This document shows positions 10,701-21,701 of a stretch of 64,000 nucleotides of DNA, piece by piece. Position 1 is the stretch's first letter. The number at the start of each line of letters is the position of its first letter. Below the pieces are notes generated by a model, which was given only the letters and a program-made list of their open reading frames with translations, did not search any database and was not told the DNA's origin. This DNA is from Hemiscyllium ocellatum (lineage: Eukaryota): the NCBI RefSeq assembly GCF_020745735.1, contig NC_083435.1, positions 28,581,231-28,645,230 of the forward strand, in the 5' to 3' direction. Position numbers and translations under genes: made by a program.

Positions 10701-12498
10701 AATCACCCGCAATTCCATGCATCTGCATTTTCTTCATCATCCTACCATGTGGAACCTTATCAAAGGCTTTACTGAAGTCCAAGAATACCACGTCAACTGC
10801 CCTACCCTCATCCACATGCTTGGCCACCTTCTCAAAATATTCAATGAGGTTTGTGAGACACGACCTGCCCTTAATGAAACCATGTTGACTATCTGAAATC
10901 AAATTGTTGCTTACTAGATGATTATAAATCTTATCTCTCATAATCCTTTCCAAAATCTTTCCTACAATAATGGTTGATCTTCTGTGAAAAACTGCCCACC
11001 CCTTCATTTTTCCATATTATTTTTGATATTTTAACATCTGATTAAAAATAAATGTGTAAAGGAAGTGACCGATCTTTGATAATAATGGCCCTCTCTACTT
11101 TCTCCGGCGTTATAAACAGTTGGAAATTGGTTCAGCTCAATTGGCTGGATTGTTCATTTGCAGAGAAGTATGATGCCAACAGCGTGGTTTCAATACCCAT
11201 CACTGATTTGAGGTTACCATAAAGGACTCTCTTTCTTAACCTTTACCTCGCCTTAGGTCTGGTGGCCTTCAGGTTAAATCACCACTAGGCATTTCTCTGT
11301 CATGAGAGAGCACTCTCTATGATCCAATACAACTATAGTGACGCAACAGAAACAAGAGACAGTTGGATGTTGCTTGTATGGTCTTCATCTCCCAAAGATT
11401 CCAAGGCAGTCCTGCTATTTAGTCAATGCTGTGTATTGGGCTTTGGCGGTGGTGTTGGGTGGGTGGGAGATGATGGATAGCAGAGGCTTAGGGTGTCCCC
11501 GTGCTCCTCAGGTCTTGGTGGAGGGTCGCAGGTCAATGGAGGGAGTACTGAGTGTGTGTGAGGGCACCAGGCAGTAGATTGAGGGCCTTATCTTTGAGGC
11601 ATAAGATGCTACAGCCAGAAATGGGTTTCAGTTTGGGAGAGGCTCTCAGTTCGCTCAGAAGGGTGGGAGGGAATGACGGGGGAGTTGAGGTAAGAACTTT
11701 GGGTGAGTGTGGGAGCGAGAGGGTCAGGTGAGTGTGGGAACGAGGAGCTTGGCTTCAGGTTTGGAGTGAAGTGTTACAGGATGGAGTTAGAGTGAGTCAG
11801 AGTGAGGATTTGGTGGGGAATGTGCCAATTAGGGTATGTGGGAGTGAGAGGGAGCAAAGAGCATTAGGGTAAGCAGGAGGAGTGAGAGGGAGCCAAGGAG
11901 ATGGGAGGGGGCAGTGGGAGTAAATGGGCGTGGTGGGAGAGAGAAGGAGTGGGGGCAATGTTTATGTGGGACTGATCTGATGAGAGAAGGATCAAAACTT
12001 TTTGTTTGACTGGGAGTCCTCCTCAGTTTTCTGCCTTAACTTTTTTGTCAACATATTGTCAATCACTGAATGTCCCTTGTTTTCACAGTGAGAAGGAAGA
12101 GTGACTACATCCGTACACACAGTAAGTTAAATTATCCTCTGGATCCTCTGTCCGTGTGTGACTGACACACTGACCAACTGGTTGCTCCCTCTGTTGGTGT
12201 GTCTCTATCTCTATGTCTCTCACTGACTCTATCTGTGTGGTTCACTATTTGCATTGTGGCCGTGTGAGTGTATGTGTATCTGACTCTGTGTCTTTGTGTT
12301 TGTATGTATGTGTGCCTCTGTGACTTTCTCGCTCTCTATATTTTATCCTCATCCTTTTCCCTGTCTGTATCCCTCTCCCTGTTTACCCTGTATGTCTTGT
12401 GTGCTTGGTGTGATATTGAACAGATTTTAATGCCTCTCTTTCCATTAACAGTTTCTGATGATGGGATATCCTCAGCCAGTTCCACAGCCAGTTCCTAA
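3362..12498 (+). CDS. Non-classical MHC class I heavy chain, partial (alpha2, alpha3, TM, two cytoplasmic exons; leader and alpha1 not in window)
   Basis: Five AG/GT-bounded phase-1 exons (3362-3637, 4733-4990, 9072-9176, 12089-12121, 12452-12498 stop) join in one open frame: GIHWFQLMTGC...ECVHWLNTYLDYGQQMLSV / SPPMV...LSCLVTGFYP...YSCRVEHNGLEEKLIY / VPESDSHVLVAVMVSLGVFMIIVLLLGAFAIFCKK / VRRKSDYIRTH / ISDDGISSASSTASS*. Confidence 0.92.
3645..4660 (+). repeat. G/A-rich, C-poor degenerate tandem repeat filling the alpha2-alpha3 intron, followed by (TC)n at 4667-4697
   Basis: Repeated gagtgagagtcggtgagtgggggg-like units with many G4-G7 runs on the sense strand. Confidence 0.85.
4733..4990 (+). 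CDS. MHC class I alpha3 (Ig C1-set) exon (258 nt)
   Basis: Acceptor ctctgtctcag, donor gtaaga; C1-set motifs LSCLVTGFYP, LPNHDWTYQ, YSCRVEH. Confidence 0.95.
5895..6425 (-). mobile_element. CR1 LINE 3' fragment
   Basis: Minus-strand ORFs MLPGLEGLSYRERLNRLGLF and LPEEMVEANTLTTFERHLD; tail near 5895-5950. Confidence 0.85.
6845..7015 (-). mobile_element. 3' half of HE1-type SINE
   Basis: Reverse complement matches the 3' half of the SINE at 15600-15765. Confidence 0.6.
7570..7800. repeat. Degenerate (GT)n/(GTCT)n microsatellite
   Basis: gtgtgtctgtgtgtttgtg arrays. Confidence 0.85.
8672..8915 (+). mobile_element. HE1-type tRNA-derived SINE (V-SINE family), internally deleted
   Basis: A-box ggtggctcagtggttagcac, B-box-like gattcca, core ggagtttgcacgttctcc...cctcccacag. 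Confidence 0.8.
9072..9176 (+). CDS. MHC class I connecting peptide/transmembrane exon (105 nt)
   Basis: Polypyrimidine acceptor tctccttactgtcttacag, donor gtaaga; encodes VPESDSH + about 25 hydrophobic residues + CKK stop-transfer. Confidence 0.88.
9620..10975 (-). mobile_element. 5'-truncated CR1 LINE with uninterrupted RT-C-terminal ORF (antisense in class I intron)
   Basis: ORF 9763..11007 (414 aa): QHGFIKGRSCLTNL, FLDFSKAFDKVPH, VPQGSALGPLLF, KFADDTK; (CTATGTT)n tail near 9620-9636. Confidence 0.95.
11130..11345 (+). mobile_element. tRNA-derived SINE (non-HE1 family)
   Basis: A-box-like agctcaattggctgga, B-box-like ggtttcaataccc, then gaggttaccataaaggactctc body; family recognised from memory, not from a search. 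Confidence 0.55.
11640..11985 (+). repeat. G/A-rich degenerate intronic repeat
   Basis: gggtgagtgtgggagcgagagg-like units with the same strand bias as 3645-4660. Confidence 0.7.
12089..12121 (+). CDS. MHC class I first cytoplasmic exon (33 nt, Tyr-containing)
   Basis: Acceptor cccttgttttcacag, donor gtaagt; VRRKSDYIRTH in frame. Confidence 0.8.
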
Positions 12499-12499
12499 G
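12452..12499 (+). CDS. MHC class I second cytoplasmic exon (48 nt, Ser-rich, stop TAA 12496-12498)
   Basis: Acceptor ctctctttccattaacag; ISDDGISSASSTASS*; possible donor gtacaa at 12500. Confidence 0.78.
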
Positions 12500-12984
12500 G
12501 TACAAATCGTTTTAAACAATGTTGGGAGCAGATCATTCTCACTGGGATACTGGATCAGGTATTAACTGTACATTCTGGACGGTGGACACTAAGCTCAGTC
12601 TCTCTCCCCCTGTGTGATGACTGAAGATCAGCTCATATAGTTCAACACTGAGCTTTCAGACTGCCCTTCAACAGATGGTTGCCCGGTGCGCATCTGAGAT
12701 TTCTGAGACAGGTTTGGTTGTGGAAATACCTGGAAATATGGCATCATGGATATGGTCTTCTGTCAGCTGCTCTACTTCCTTAAGGGATTCGATATTCTGA
12801 GCTTTCTCAACATAGTTATTTGCGAGTTTAGCATTGGTCTCCTGGGATTCTGAATTTTTGGGTGTTTGCAGAATGCTTTGTGGTGGATGGGGTCTGGATC
12901 TGATGGGGAAATCACCGCAGTTCAGAAGATCAGAATGTGCAGAGCCATGCAACACGAAAACAGAAACAACTTGTCTGTGCAGAC

Positions 12985-13450
12985 CAATTTTCCCAACCCA
13001 AGCTATTCCCATTTGCTTATGTTTGGCCCATATCCTGCTAATCCCTTTCCTATCAATGTACCTGTCCACATGTCTTTTAAATGTTGTAACTTTACCCTCA
13101 TCCACCACTTCCTCTGATGGTTCATTTCACATATGAACCTTGACTTGGAGGGAGTGCAGTGTAGATGGACCGGAGTGAAACCTGGACTTTGAGAGTTTAT
13201 TTATGATGAGAGATTAAACAAACCTGAAGTGTACTCTGAGATTTGGCAGGTTAAGGGCTGATTTGGTTGATGCTTTTTGAGATATTAAAGGAAGTAGCCA
13301 ATTTGATGGAGGCAAACTTTCTGTTGATTGGGGAGTCTCAAAGGCATGTTGTAAAAGTTCAAGCCAGACACATCGGGTGTGTCGTTAAGAAACTCTTCCA
13401 CATTGAAAAATGGTTGAAATGCTATTGCCTAATAGGTAATTGGTGTTAAA
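12985..13450. mobile_element. Two CR1 3' fragments in opposite orientations
   Basis: Minus-strand MVDEGKVTTFKRHVDRYIDRKG (to about 13135), then a degraded plus-strand CR1 tail. Confidence 0.6.
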
Positions 13451-14084
13451 TTGACTGTTAATGAGTTTGATGAGCAGAAAGCTGCAAATCTCCAAAAGGA
13501 GATGATCAGGGGAAAGTCAGCAAATGTGCAGTTTGGCCACAAGTCCTCCACAGTGACAATATATTCAGGGGCTGAGTGGCTTCCTGGTGTTGCCTGCCCT
13601 GTGGACTTTGCAGATATTATGTATGTTGGTCAGCTGGCTTGTTCCCAGTGAATTTTGTTCTGATTTCAATTTTTTTATTAGCCATATGGCGTCGATTGCC
13701 CATCCCAGATTTATTCCATGTTTCAATCGCATTTGGTGAGGTCTGAGATCTGCTGTTTATTCCCTGAGTCTGTAACTATCGTTTCTTTCCTTTCCCCAGT
13801 GGTCAACCATATCTCACTGGGAATCTTCCGACATCATTTCCCAAGATCAGCGTCTGGAGGGGAGAAGAGACTAAGATCGGATTGACTCCTGCTCACTCTC
13901 AAATTCTGGTGCATTTTGAAAATCTGATTCCTGATTCATGGCAACATTAATATTTTGTTCACTGACCTGCTAATGCCTGAGCTGTATAATCAAAATGTGA
14001 CTTCTATTCCTGGATAGTAACCTCACCTCCAACTGGTGACCACTCCCCGACCAGTGACTGTGCAAGTGGCACTACCCTGTCAGT

Positions 14085-14394
14085 GATTAGATTACATTAG
14101 ATTAGATTACTCACAGTGTGGATACAGGACTTTCGGTCCAACAAGTCCACACTGACATGCCGAAGCGCAACCCACCCATACCCCTACATTTACTCCTTAC
14201 CTAACACGACGGGAAATTTGGCATGTCCAATTCTCCTGAGCCGCACATCTTTGGAATGTGGGAGGAAACCGGAGCATCCGGAGGAAACGCACGCAGACAC
14301 GGGGAGAACATGCAAACTCTACACAGTCAGTCGCCTGAGGCAGGAACTGAACCCAGGTCTCTGATGCTGTGAGGCAGCAGTGCTAACCACTGTG
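14085..14394 (-). mobile_element. HE1-type SINE with (TAATC)n tail
   Basis: Reverse of cacagtggttagcactgctgcctcacagc...tgcatgttctccccgtgtctgcgtg...cctcccacattccaaagatgtgc; gattagatta tail at left end. Confidence 0.9.
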
Positions 14395-15079
14395 TGGTGA
14401 TGTGTACATGTTTGACCCCCTTCACAGACCATTCACCAATGGGATAGCATTGGACCTCAGATCTTTGCACTTTCAGTAATTAGTTAACCTTTACCTTCAC
14501 TCGTGTTCATAACAATTCTTGTCCAGACTGATTGAACCCAGTAATTGCCTTACTGTGATATAAACTGTCCAACTGCAGGAGAGGACCAGACAGCAGCACC
14601 TGTGGATAATGGGCCACAAGTTTAAGGCTAAGATTAGGAGGAAAATCTGCTCTCTGAGGCTTTGAAATTCCTACCACAGAGGACTGTGCAAGCAGAGTCC
14701 CTGTGTACATTTAAGGATAAGATGAATCCATTCAGATGGAATCACAGCTGAAAGGGAAGAGGAAAGGGCTCACGAGGAATGGCAGTTCAACCGTGATCTG
14801 AGTGAATGGCAGAGCAGGCTGGAGGGGGTGAATGGCCTACTGCTGATCCTACTTATTAAGCTCTTATAGTCATGCATCACAAGCTTATCTCCCTTCCTCG
14901 TATAATTGTTGTCTCGGAATCTCTTGACTTCAGCTGTTCCCTATGTTCAGGTTGTGAGTGCAATGCTCTGTCTGACTCTAAAACAGGGAAATAGCGGTGT
15001 ACTGTACTCCTGAGTGGAATTCAAGACTCAATCATTCTCTACAGGCCTCTGAGATTCTACTGACAATCTTATCTTTTTG

Positions 15080-15330
15080 AATAAAAGCAAAGTACTGTGG
15101 ATGTTGGAAATTTGAAGCACACAGAGTGAACACTGGAGAAACTCGAATCTGGCAGCATCTGTGGAAAGAGTGAACAGAGTTCACGTTTCAAGTCCAGTCT
15201 GTCTTGAACAAGAATGAATTCTTCTGTTTGGCAGTATAGTCATGCCTGACTCGAGACGTTATCTGTGTCTCTCTTTTATAGATGTTGCCTGACCTGCTGG
15301 GTTTCTCCAGCATTCTTTGTGTTTGATTTT
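15080..15330. mobile_element. Palindromic Penelope pseudo-LTR-derived element
   Basis: Left arm ctggagaaactc..ctggcagcatctgtggaaagag..cacgtttcaagtc is inverted to right arm gactcgagacgtt..atagatgttgcctgacctgctgggtttctccag. Confidence 0.65.
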
Positions 15331-15474
15331 TTTTGGTCTCAGAGGGCTGTCTGCTTCATCTTCCATTCCTGACAGATACATTTTTTTTCGTTTTTCACCA
15401 CTTGAGGACTGACAAAATCGATGGTTTCTCTATCATGTTTTGTCAATAAAGACCTCAGACTGTGTTTGGTTTGT

Positions 15475-15765
15475 ACTGCTGCCTCATAGAGGCAGATTCG
15501 ATTCCAACCTCGGGCGACTGTGTGGAGTTTGTACATTCTCCCTGTGTGTGCAGGTTTCCTCTGGGTGCTCCAGTTTCCTCCCATAGTCCAAAGATGTGCA
15601 GGATAGGTGAATGGGCCATGCTAAATTGCCCCACAGTGGCTAGGAATGTGCAGGCTAGGTGGGTTAGGATAGAATAGAGGGGTGGGCCTGGGTGAGTTGC
15701 TCTTCAGAGGGTTGATGTGGAATCAAAGGGCCGAATGGCCTACTTCTGCACTCAAGAGATTCTAT
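15475..15765 (+). mobile_element. HE1-type SINE, 5' truncated
   Basis: ctgctgcctca..ttcgattcc..ggagtttgtacattctccc..ccatgctaaattgccc..gggccgaatggcctacttctgcac..gattctatg. Confidence 0.85.
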
Positions 15766-17884
15766 GCTCCCCAACAACCACCAACACACCATGCCACACC
15801 GCATCACACCACAAACGCACCTCAGCTGCTTTACTTTGGGCAGAATGCATACAGGATTTTTCTTATTAAAAAGTGGAATATCTCCAAGATTTCGCCCGGT
15901 GAAAAATTCTGAACCCATATCAGTGAGAATTCTTGCCGTTCTGACTCCTGGAGACCAGCGTTTGTCTCCAGATTCTTGGGGGAAAAATGACTAGGGGATC
16001 AAAGGAAGAGTGTCAGGGACTTCAGGGGTTGGGAAGGTCGGGTTCAGAAGTAGTAGCTGAGTGGTGACCTTCAGCAAGCATCTTCTAGCCCTTTCCCTCT
16101 AGTTCTTGCCATGTTGCACCCAAAATGAGGACCCCAACACTGCACTTAAACCTAGCAAACATGTTGACCTAGCTCTCCATCTGGGAGGCCAGCCACAACT
16201 CTTAGTTGCTGGCAAGACAGTTAACTGAGCTCTTGGGTAAGGCTATTAATTGGCCATTAATTGATTGATGGTGAGTGAAGTCGTCACCCACAGATATTGC
16301 AACTGAACCTTTAATCATCGAGTTGGCGAGAAACTTGTTTCTTGGGTTAAAGTGCACAAGTATTTGCCCTTCCTGACTCCCTCCTCACTACTCCAAGGGA
16401 GTCTGCAATCAAACATTATAATTTGAGAGTAAGAATCAAGTATTCAAATTGCAGGTTATTAAACTAATTTAGAACTGTCCTGAAAGTCATTTCTCGAGAC
16501 TGAAACACGTGAATCAGATGTCATGAAATTGAAGGAGTTTGCAGTCCTTAAATTAGCTCTCTTTAAAAAGCTAATGTTGGATTTTCAAGCTTTTTAACAG
16601 AGATAGCCTGTGCAATGGATTTTGGTTTGCACTTTTTCAAATCAAGGTTTTGTTTCTCCCTCATAAGTTTGTCTTCCCATGCATTTTTCTCTCTCTTAAT
16701 AACAGAGCTTCTTCGTAAGCATGCTGTCTCTGCAGCATTATCGGATCAAACTCCACACATCTTTTCGGAAGGTTTTGCTTTTTTAGGTTCAAATGAGCAA
16801 GAAGCATTAATAACAATTAGCAAACAGTTTGCAGAGATTTCAAAAAGCAAGTTGGTGCTTGAAAAAGGACACTAATAATCTTTGAGGAAGTAGCAGAACT
16901 GTTTACAGGAAACTGTTTAGGTGCAGAGCAGAGGAAAGTTAAGAACATAATGTCAAATTATCACACGGGTGTGGATTAGAGAATATTACGTAAGTACTTT
17001 GTATTCGTCTTCACACAAAATAAAGTTCTAACTGTAGCACGACATCCTTATACCATTCCAACCCATCATTCAAGGTTAGGACCTGGAACGAAGAAAGCTG
17101 ACAACATGTTACTTCAGAGGTTCCCGTCCAGCACCTCAAATAGTGGTTCCTATTTTTGATATTTCAATTATTTGTGTAGAGAAGTCTGCCACACTGGGCA
17201 AGCGGATGTAGTGAGGCAATGTAACTAATACCATTTTCGATTTCAGACAATAAGCGGAAGAAGTTTGTGTGCACAAATTTCTAGAGGTGTCACAAGAAGT
17301 GGAGAATAACTGCTTAAAAATGAACTACTGTGAGCTTCTGAACTTTAAGATCTCCAAGAAAATATGGAGGGAAAGGCCATGGCCTAATGGTATTATCACT
17401 AGTTATTAATCCAGAAACTCAACTAATGTTCTGGGGACATGAGGTGCTGCAAATCCTGCCACGAGAATTTGAAATCAATAAAGCTTTTTGTAATTTACAT
17501 GCATGATTTGTGTGTGAATATTACTGGAGTAGTGGGCAGTGAAGGAAGTTATCTCAGAGTACAATGAAAGCCTGATCAGATGGGTCGAGGAATGTGAGGT
17601 TTTGGGCACGCAAATGAGGGCAGGGCATGCACACTTAATAGTAATATCAGTGGGAGTGTTGCCAACTAAAGAGACCTTGGAGTGCAGGCTCATAGTTCCT
17701 TAAAAGTTATGTCACAGGTAGACAGTATGTTGACAATAGTGATCAGTTCCCTTGCCTTTATTGAGCAGTGCATTGGATATGGAAATTAGGATGATATAGC
17801 TAAATAGGACATTGTTTAAACCACTGTTCGAATATTATGTTCAATTCTGGTTCCCCAGTTTAAAGCAAGTTTTTTTTTAAAATC

Positions 17885-18190
17885 ATTCATGAGATGATCG
17901 CTGACTAGGTCTGTATTTATTGTCCATCCCATATTGCTCAGAGGACAAGTAAGAGTTTCTATTCATCTGGAGTCACATGCAGGCCAGACCAGGTAAGGAT
18001 TGCAGGTTCCTTCCGACAGAACATGAGTCATTAAGATGGATTTTTCACAATAAGTGTTAATGGATTCAGTGTCATCATGAGACTCTTAATTCCGCTCTCT
18101 GTGGTGGGATTCAAACCCAGATCCCCTGAAGATTACCTAGGTCACTGGATTAACAGACCAGCAATTAAAGCACAAGGCCATTGTCTCCTC
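17885..18190 (-). mobile_element. tRNA-derived SINE of a further family (related plus-strand pieces near 18700-18900 and 50070-50200)
   Basis: Shared core ctggagtcacatg.aggccagaccaggtaagga; B-box gggattcaaaccc on the reverse strand. Confidence 0.6.
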
Positions 18191-18199
18191 ATGCTGTTG

Positions 18200-18640
18200 A
18201 GCTTGAAAGGCTTCAGAAAAGATTTACAAGGATGTTGGTAGAATTGGAAGGTTGGAACTACAGGGAGAGTCTGAATAGGGTGGGGCTATTTTCTCTAGAG
18301 TGTGGGGTTCTGAGGGAGGTACAGGAGTTTATCAAATTTTGAGGAAGCATGGATCGAATAAATAACCAAGAACTTTTTCCCAGGGTAGGGGGGTCCAAAA
18401 TTAAAGGGCTTAATTTTCAGGTAAGACAGGGAAAGATATAAAAGACCTCAGTGGCAACTTACTCAAGCAGAGGGTGATGCATGTATGGAATGAGCTGCCA
18501 AAGGAAGTGAAGCTAATATTTAAAATTCATCTGAATGGGTACATGAATTGGAAGGGTTTAGATGAATGTGGGCCAAATGTTAGCAAATGGGTTTAGGTGA
18601 ATTTAGTATGCCTTGTCGGCATGCATGAGTTGGTCAAAAG
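18200..18640 (+). mobile_element. CR1 LINE 3' fragment
   Basis: cagaaaagatttacaaggatgttg..ctacagggagagtctgaatagg..gtatggaatgagctgcca CR1 tail motifs. Confidence 0.75.
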
Positions 18641-20632
18641 GATCTCTAACCGTGCGAGATTACAACTCTATAGTTGCAATCTGGAGGTAAGGCTCTATTG
18701 GCAATCATGAAGCAACTGTCGATTGTCAGAAAGATAACTGGTTCACTAATGTTATTTAGAGAAGGAAACCTGCCATGCTTACTTGGTTTGGCCTACGTGT
18801 GAGTCCAGATGCACAGCAATGTAGTTTCCTCTCAACAGCCTCCATGCAATGAGGAATTGGTGATAAATGCTGGCCTAGCCAGAGCTCTCCACATTTCATG
18901 ATCGAATAAGAAAAAAATACAATATTCCTATGTTAAAATACAAAACACTCTGGATGTGAAAGATCTGAAATTAATGCTGAAAATGCTGGAGAAACTCTGC
19001 ATCTCTAGCAGTAAGAATCAAATATGGTCCTTCTTCAGAATTGAGAGCTAAAAAGCCAAATGAACTAAAAGAACTGAACTTGAGATAAGTTAAGAGTAAC
19101 TGCTCTTGACACCAAAATAACATTTGACTGAGTGTGGCAACATGGAAAACAAAAATGAAGTCAATGATATGTGGTGTCCATCAACCTAGGACACAAGTTG
19201 TTTTTATTTGAGGCCAAATATTTCAGTCTGACCACATTGGTACAGGAGCTTCTCAGAGTAATGTTATAAAACCAAATGCCTTAAGTTGATTCCTGGATGA
19301 CCAGTCCTCTATCAAGAGGACATCATGGAGATATTACTTAACGATTGCACAATGTTAAGCACCATTCACAATTCCTCATGCATTGAAGTAGTCCTATCCA
19401 ACAGGCAGTAAAACTGGACCATATCCAGTCATAAGTGGCAAGTAGTCGTCAAGCCAGGAATGACCATATTCATGAAGAGAAAATCTAACCATCTCCCTTT
19501 GACTATCAATGATTCTACTGTCAATGAGTTCACAATATCCACATTCTGGGTATTCCTAGTGTACAGAAAATGAAGTGGAGAAGCCATAAAAATACTGAAG
19601 CCTAAATAATAGGTTAGAGGCTACAAATTCTAAAGCAGACAACACACTTCTTAATTCTCCAAACATAGGTCATCATCACTCATCAGAAGTATGCTGAAAT
19701 AATCTGTATTTTCCTTCAGCCAAAAGAAAGTATTGTGCTGAATTTGGTGGTGGAAAGTTGTTCAGTTGTGCGTGACAGCACTTATGAGTAATAAGGAAAA
19801 TAAAAGAAGGTGCAGACTTGAAGGAACAAAGTCAGTTTCTATCTGCAGCAAAGTAAATGAAGCCTGGAAACAGTTATTATTTCCTGACATTTTTATGGTT
19901 TACTGTTGCCTGTAATGAGTGACTGTGAAACTGAACAATTAGCGTGTCAGTCATCTATGTCTTTGCCAAAGAATGGAAAGAATTTGGAAGGAAGGAACTT
20001 GGAAAACAAAGGATTTTGAGGATCCAGAATAGCACCTCATCATGAAGATGGCTTTTGGTTATTGAATTGCATTTCCCTAGCGTATTTTCCCTGAACCATA
20101 ATGCCTGCTGTAACTTCCATTGTCTTTTTTTTAGATATGTGCATGTTTTTGAAGGCAGTTACAGTTTTATAAGTTGAAGGTGTGTGTCCACAGTTCATAG
20201 TTTTATTTACTTTTTTTGAAAACTCACTTATTTCTTAAAATCAGTAGTACTTGTTGAGCACAGACACATGGCCATGATCTGAGTCCGTCAGGAAGGCAAA
20301 TTTGGAGCTTTGTGTACATTGCTTAAATCAGAGTGGGTCTTGGCAGTAAGTACACTTTCCCAAAAAGTGTCAGAACAAATGTACATTTTCAACAATGTTT
20401 TTTTTATTATGTTTCAGTGAGAGACCACCTCATTCAAACAAAAGCAAAACAAGATTTGATCTATCAAGCCAGTTTTCCATCTGAGATCTGACTTGTCCCA
20501 TAACAATATCAATTGAGATAAAAACGCATGTATAGCTGAGGATGTTTGCAAGAAAAATCTATAATTCAGCATGTTCTTCGTTATTTGAAATCTGGAGAAG
20601 TATCTCATTCATACTAGGGAAACATGAGCAAC

Positions 20633-21558
20633 TCAATCCAAGTTGTTCTCCATTGTTTTGCTTTTTAAGTATTTAATTTTAAATTTGACTGTATGTTTTG
20701 CCATGCTCTTCAATTGTTCCCTGAACTTGGACTGAGTCACCCCATAAATAAATGCATTTGAACAACAATTTAAACTGAGCAGCATATCTGCAACATCTGC
20801 AAAGATATGCATTGAATTACTGTAATATTCAGGACTAATTCCAGTAATGACAAAATGCAAGAAATCTATAACATATAAAAGCCACAGGAGTATGAAGCTG
20901 CCAGATATGGTGAAGAGTAGCACCATAGACTTCCTTCTATTCTCCATCTCTGGGTCATGGCAATTATGTCCTTTGCTCTGATTCCTCAGTGCCTTCCGGA
21001 CTTGACTGGTCACTAATATGTATCTGACTGTTAGAGTGTTGAACAACAGAATTAAAGCATATGGGATTAATGGAGTTAAGACCTTATCAAACCAGATAAA
21101 TGCCACCCATGCAGAATCAGTGAAGAAGCTTGGCTTTATAATGCAGAACTAGGGAATATTGTCAATTATTGCTCTATGTTCAATGGTGAAGAAGAAGGAA
21201 ATATCTTTCAAGCAGAGAAGAATGCAGATAGTTGTCTGAACCAGCACTGAAATTTTTCCACTGCAGTATTTTGTTTTCAGCTTCTGGCAACAAGTGGCCA
21301 CAAATCGATCAAAGGAGAAAGTGACAGTAAGCCAGACTGAACATTCTGAGGATGCATAAATCAGGACAAAGTTAATATTACACACAGGGGTGATGTTGAG
21401 GAATGATCCTGGGAAATAATATAATTTAATTCTCCATAGTATAAATGCAGTGATAACAACCAGTAGATCCACTGTTGCCATCGCTATCAGATAATGAGTG
21501 GTGCAGGTGGAAAGTCCACACTTTCCTCGTGATAGAATCAAAATTGCTAATAAATTAA
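20633..21558 (-). pseudogene. GPR139/GPR142-like class A GPCR main exon with one in-frame nonsense codon
   Basis: ORFs 21149..21541 and 20633..21106 are in the same frame, separated by TAG at 21151-21149 where the paralogue has Trp (NIP*FC vs DVPWHC); acceptor ttcttttgcctgtcttgtag before 21558; motifs LSRGKCGLS, AMATVDLL, SFDRFVATCCQKLKTKYC, NAFIY. Confidence 0.85.
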
Positions 21559-21701
21559 CTACAAGACAGGCAAAAGAAACAAACTGGATATTACTGATAA
21601 ATCATGATCTATGTTGACCTGGAAATTCAGACGTTTTATATGTAGAATATTAGATTGGCAAGCGGAAAAGAAAATCAAACATGAATTGAATTTTTCCACA
21701 T

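Noticed and set aside
10050-10888. Overlapping ORFs of 61-157 aa
   Set aside because: These are alternative-frame or antisense shadows of the CR1 RT ORF.
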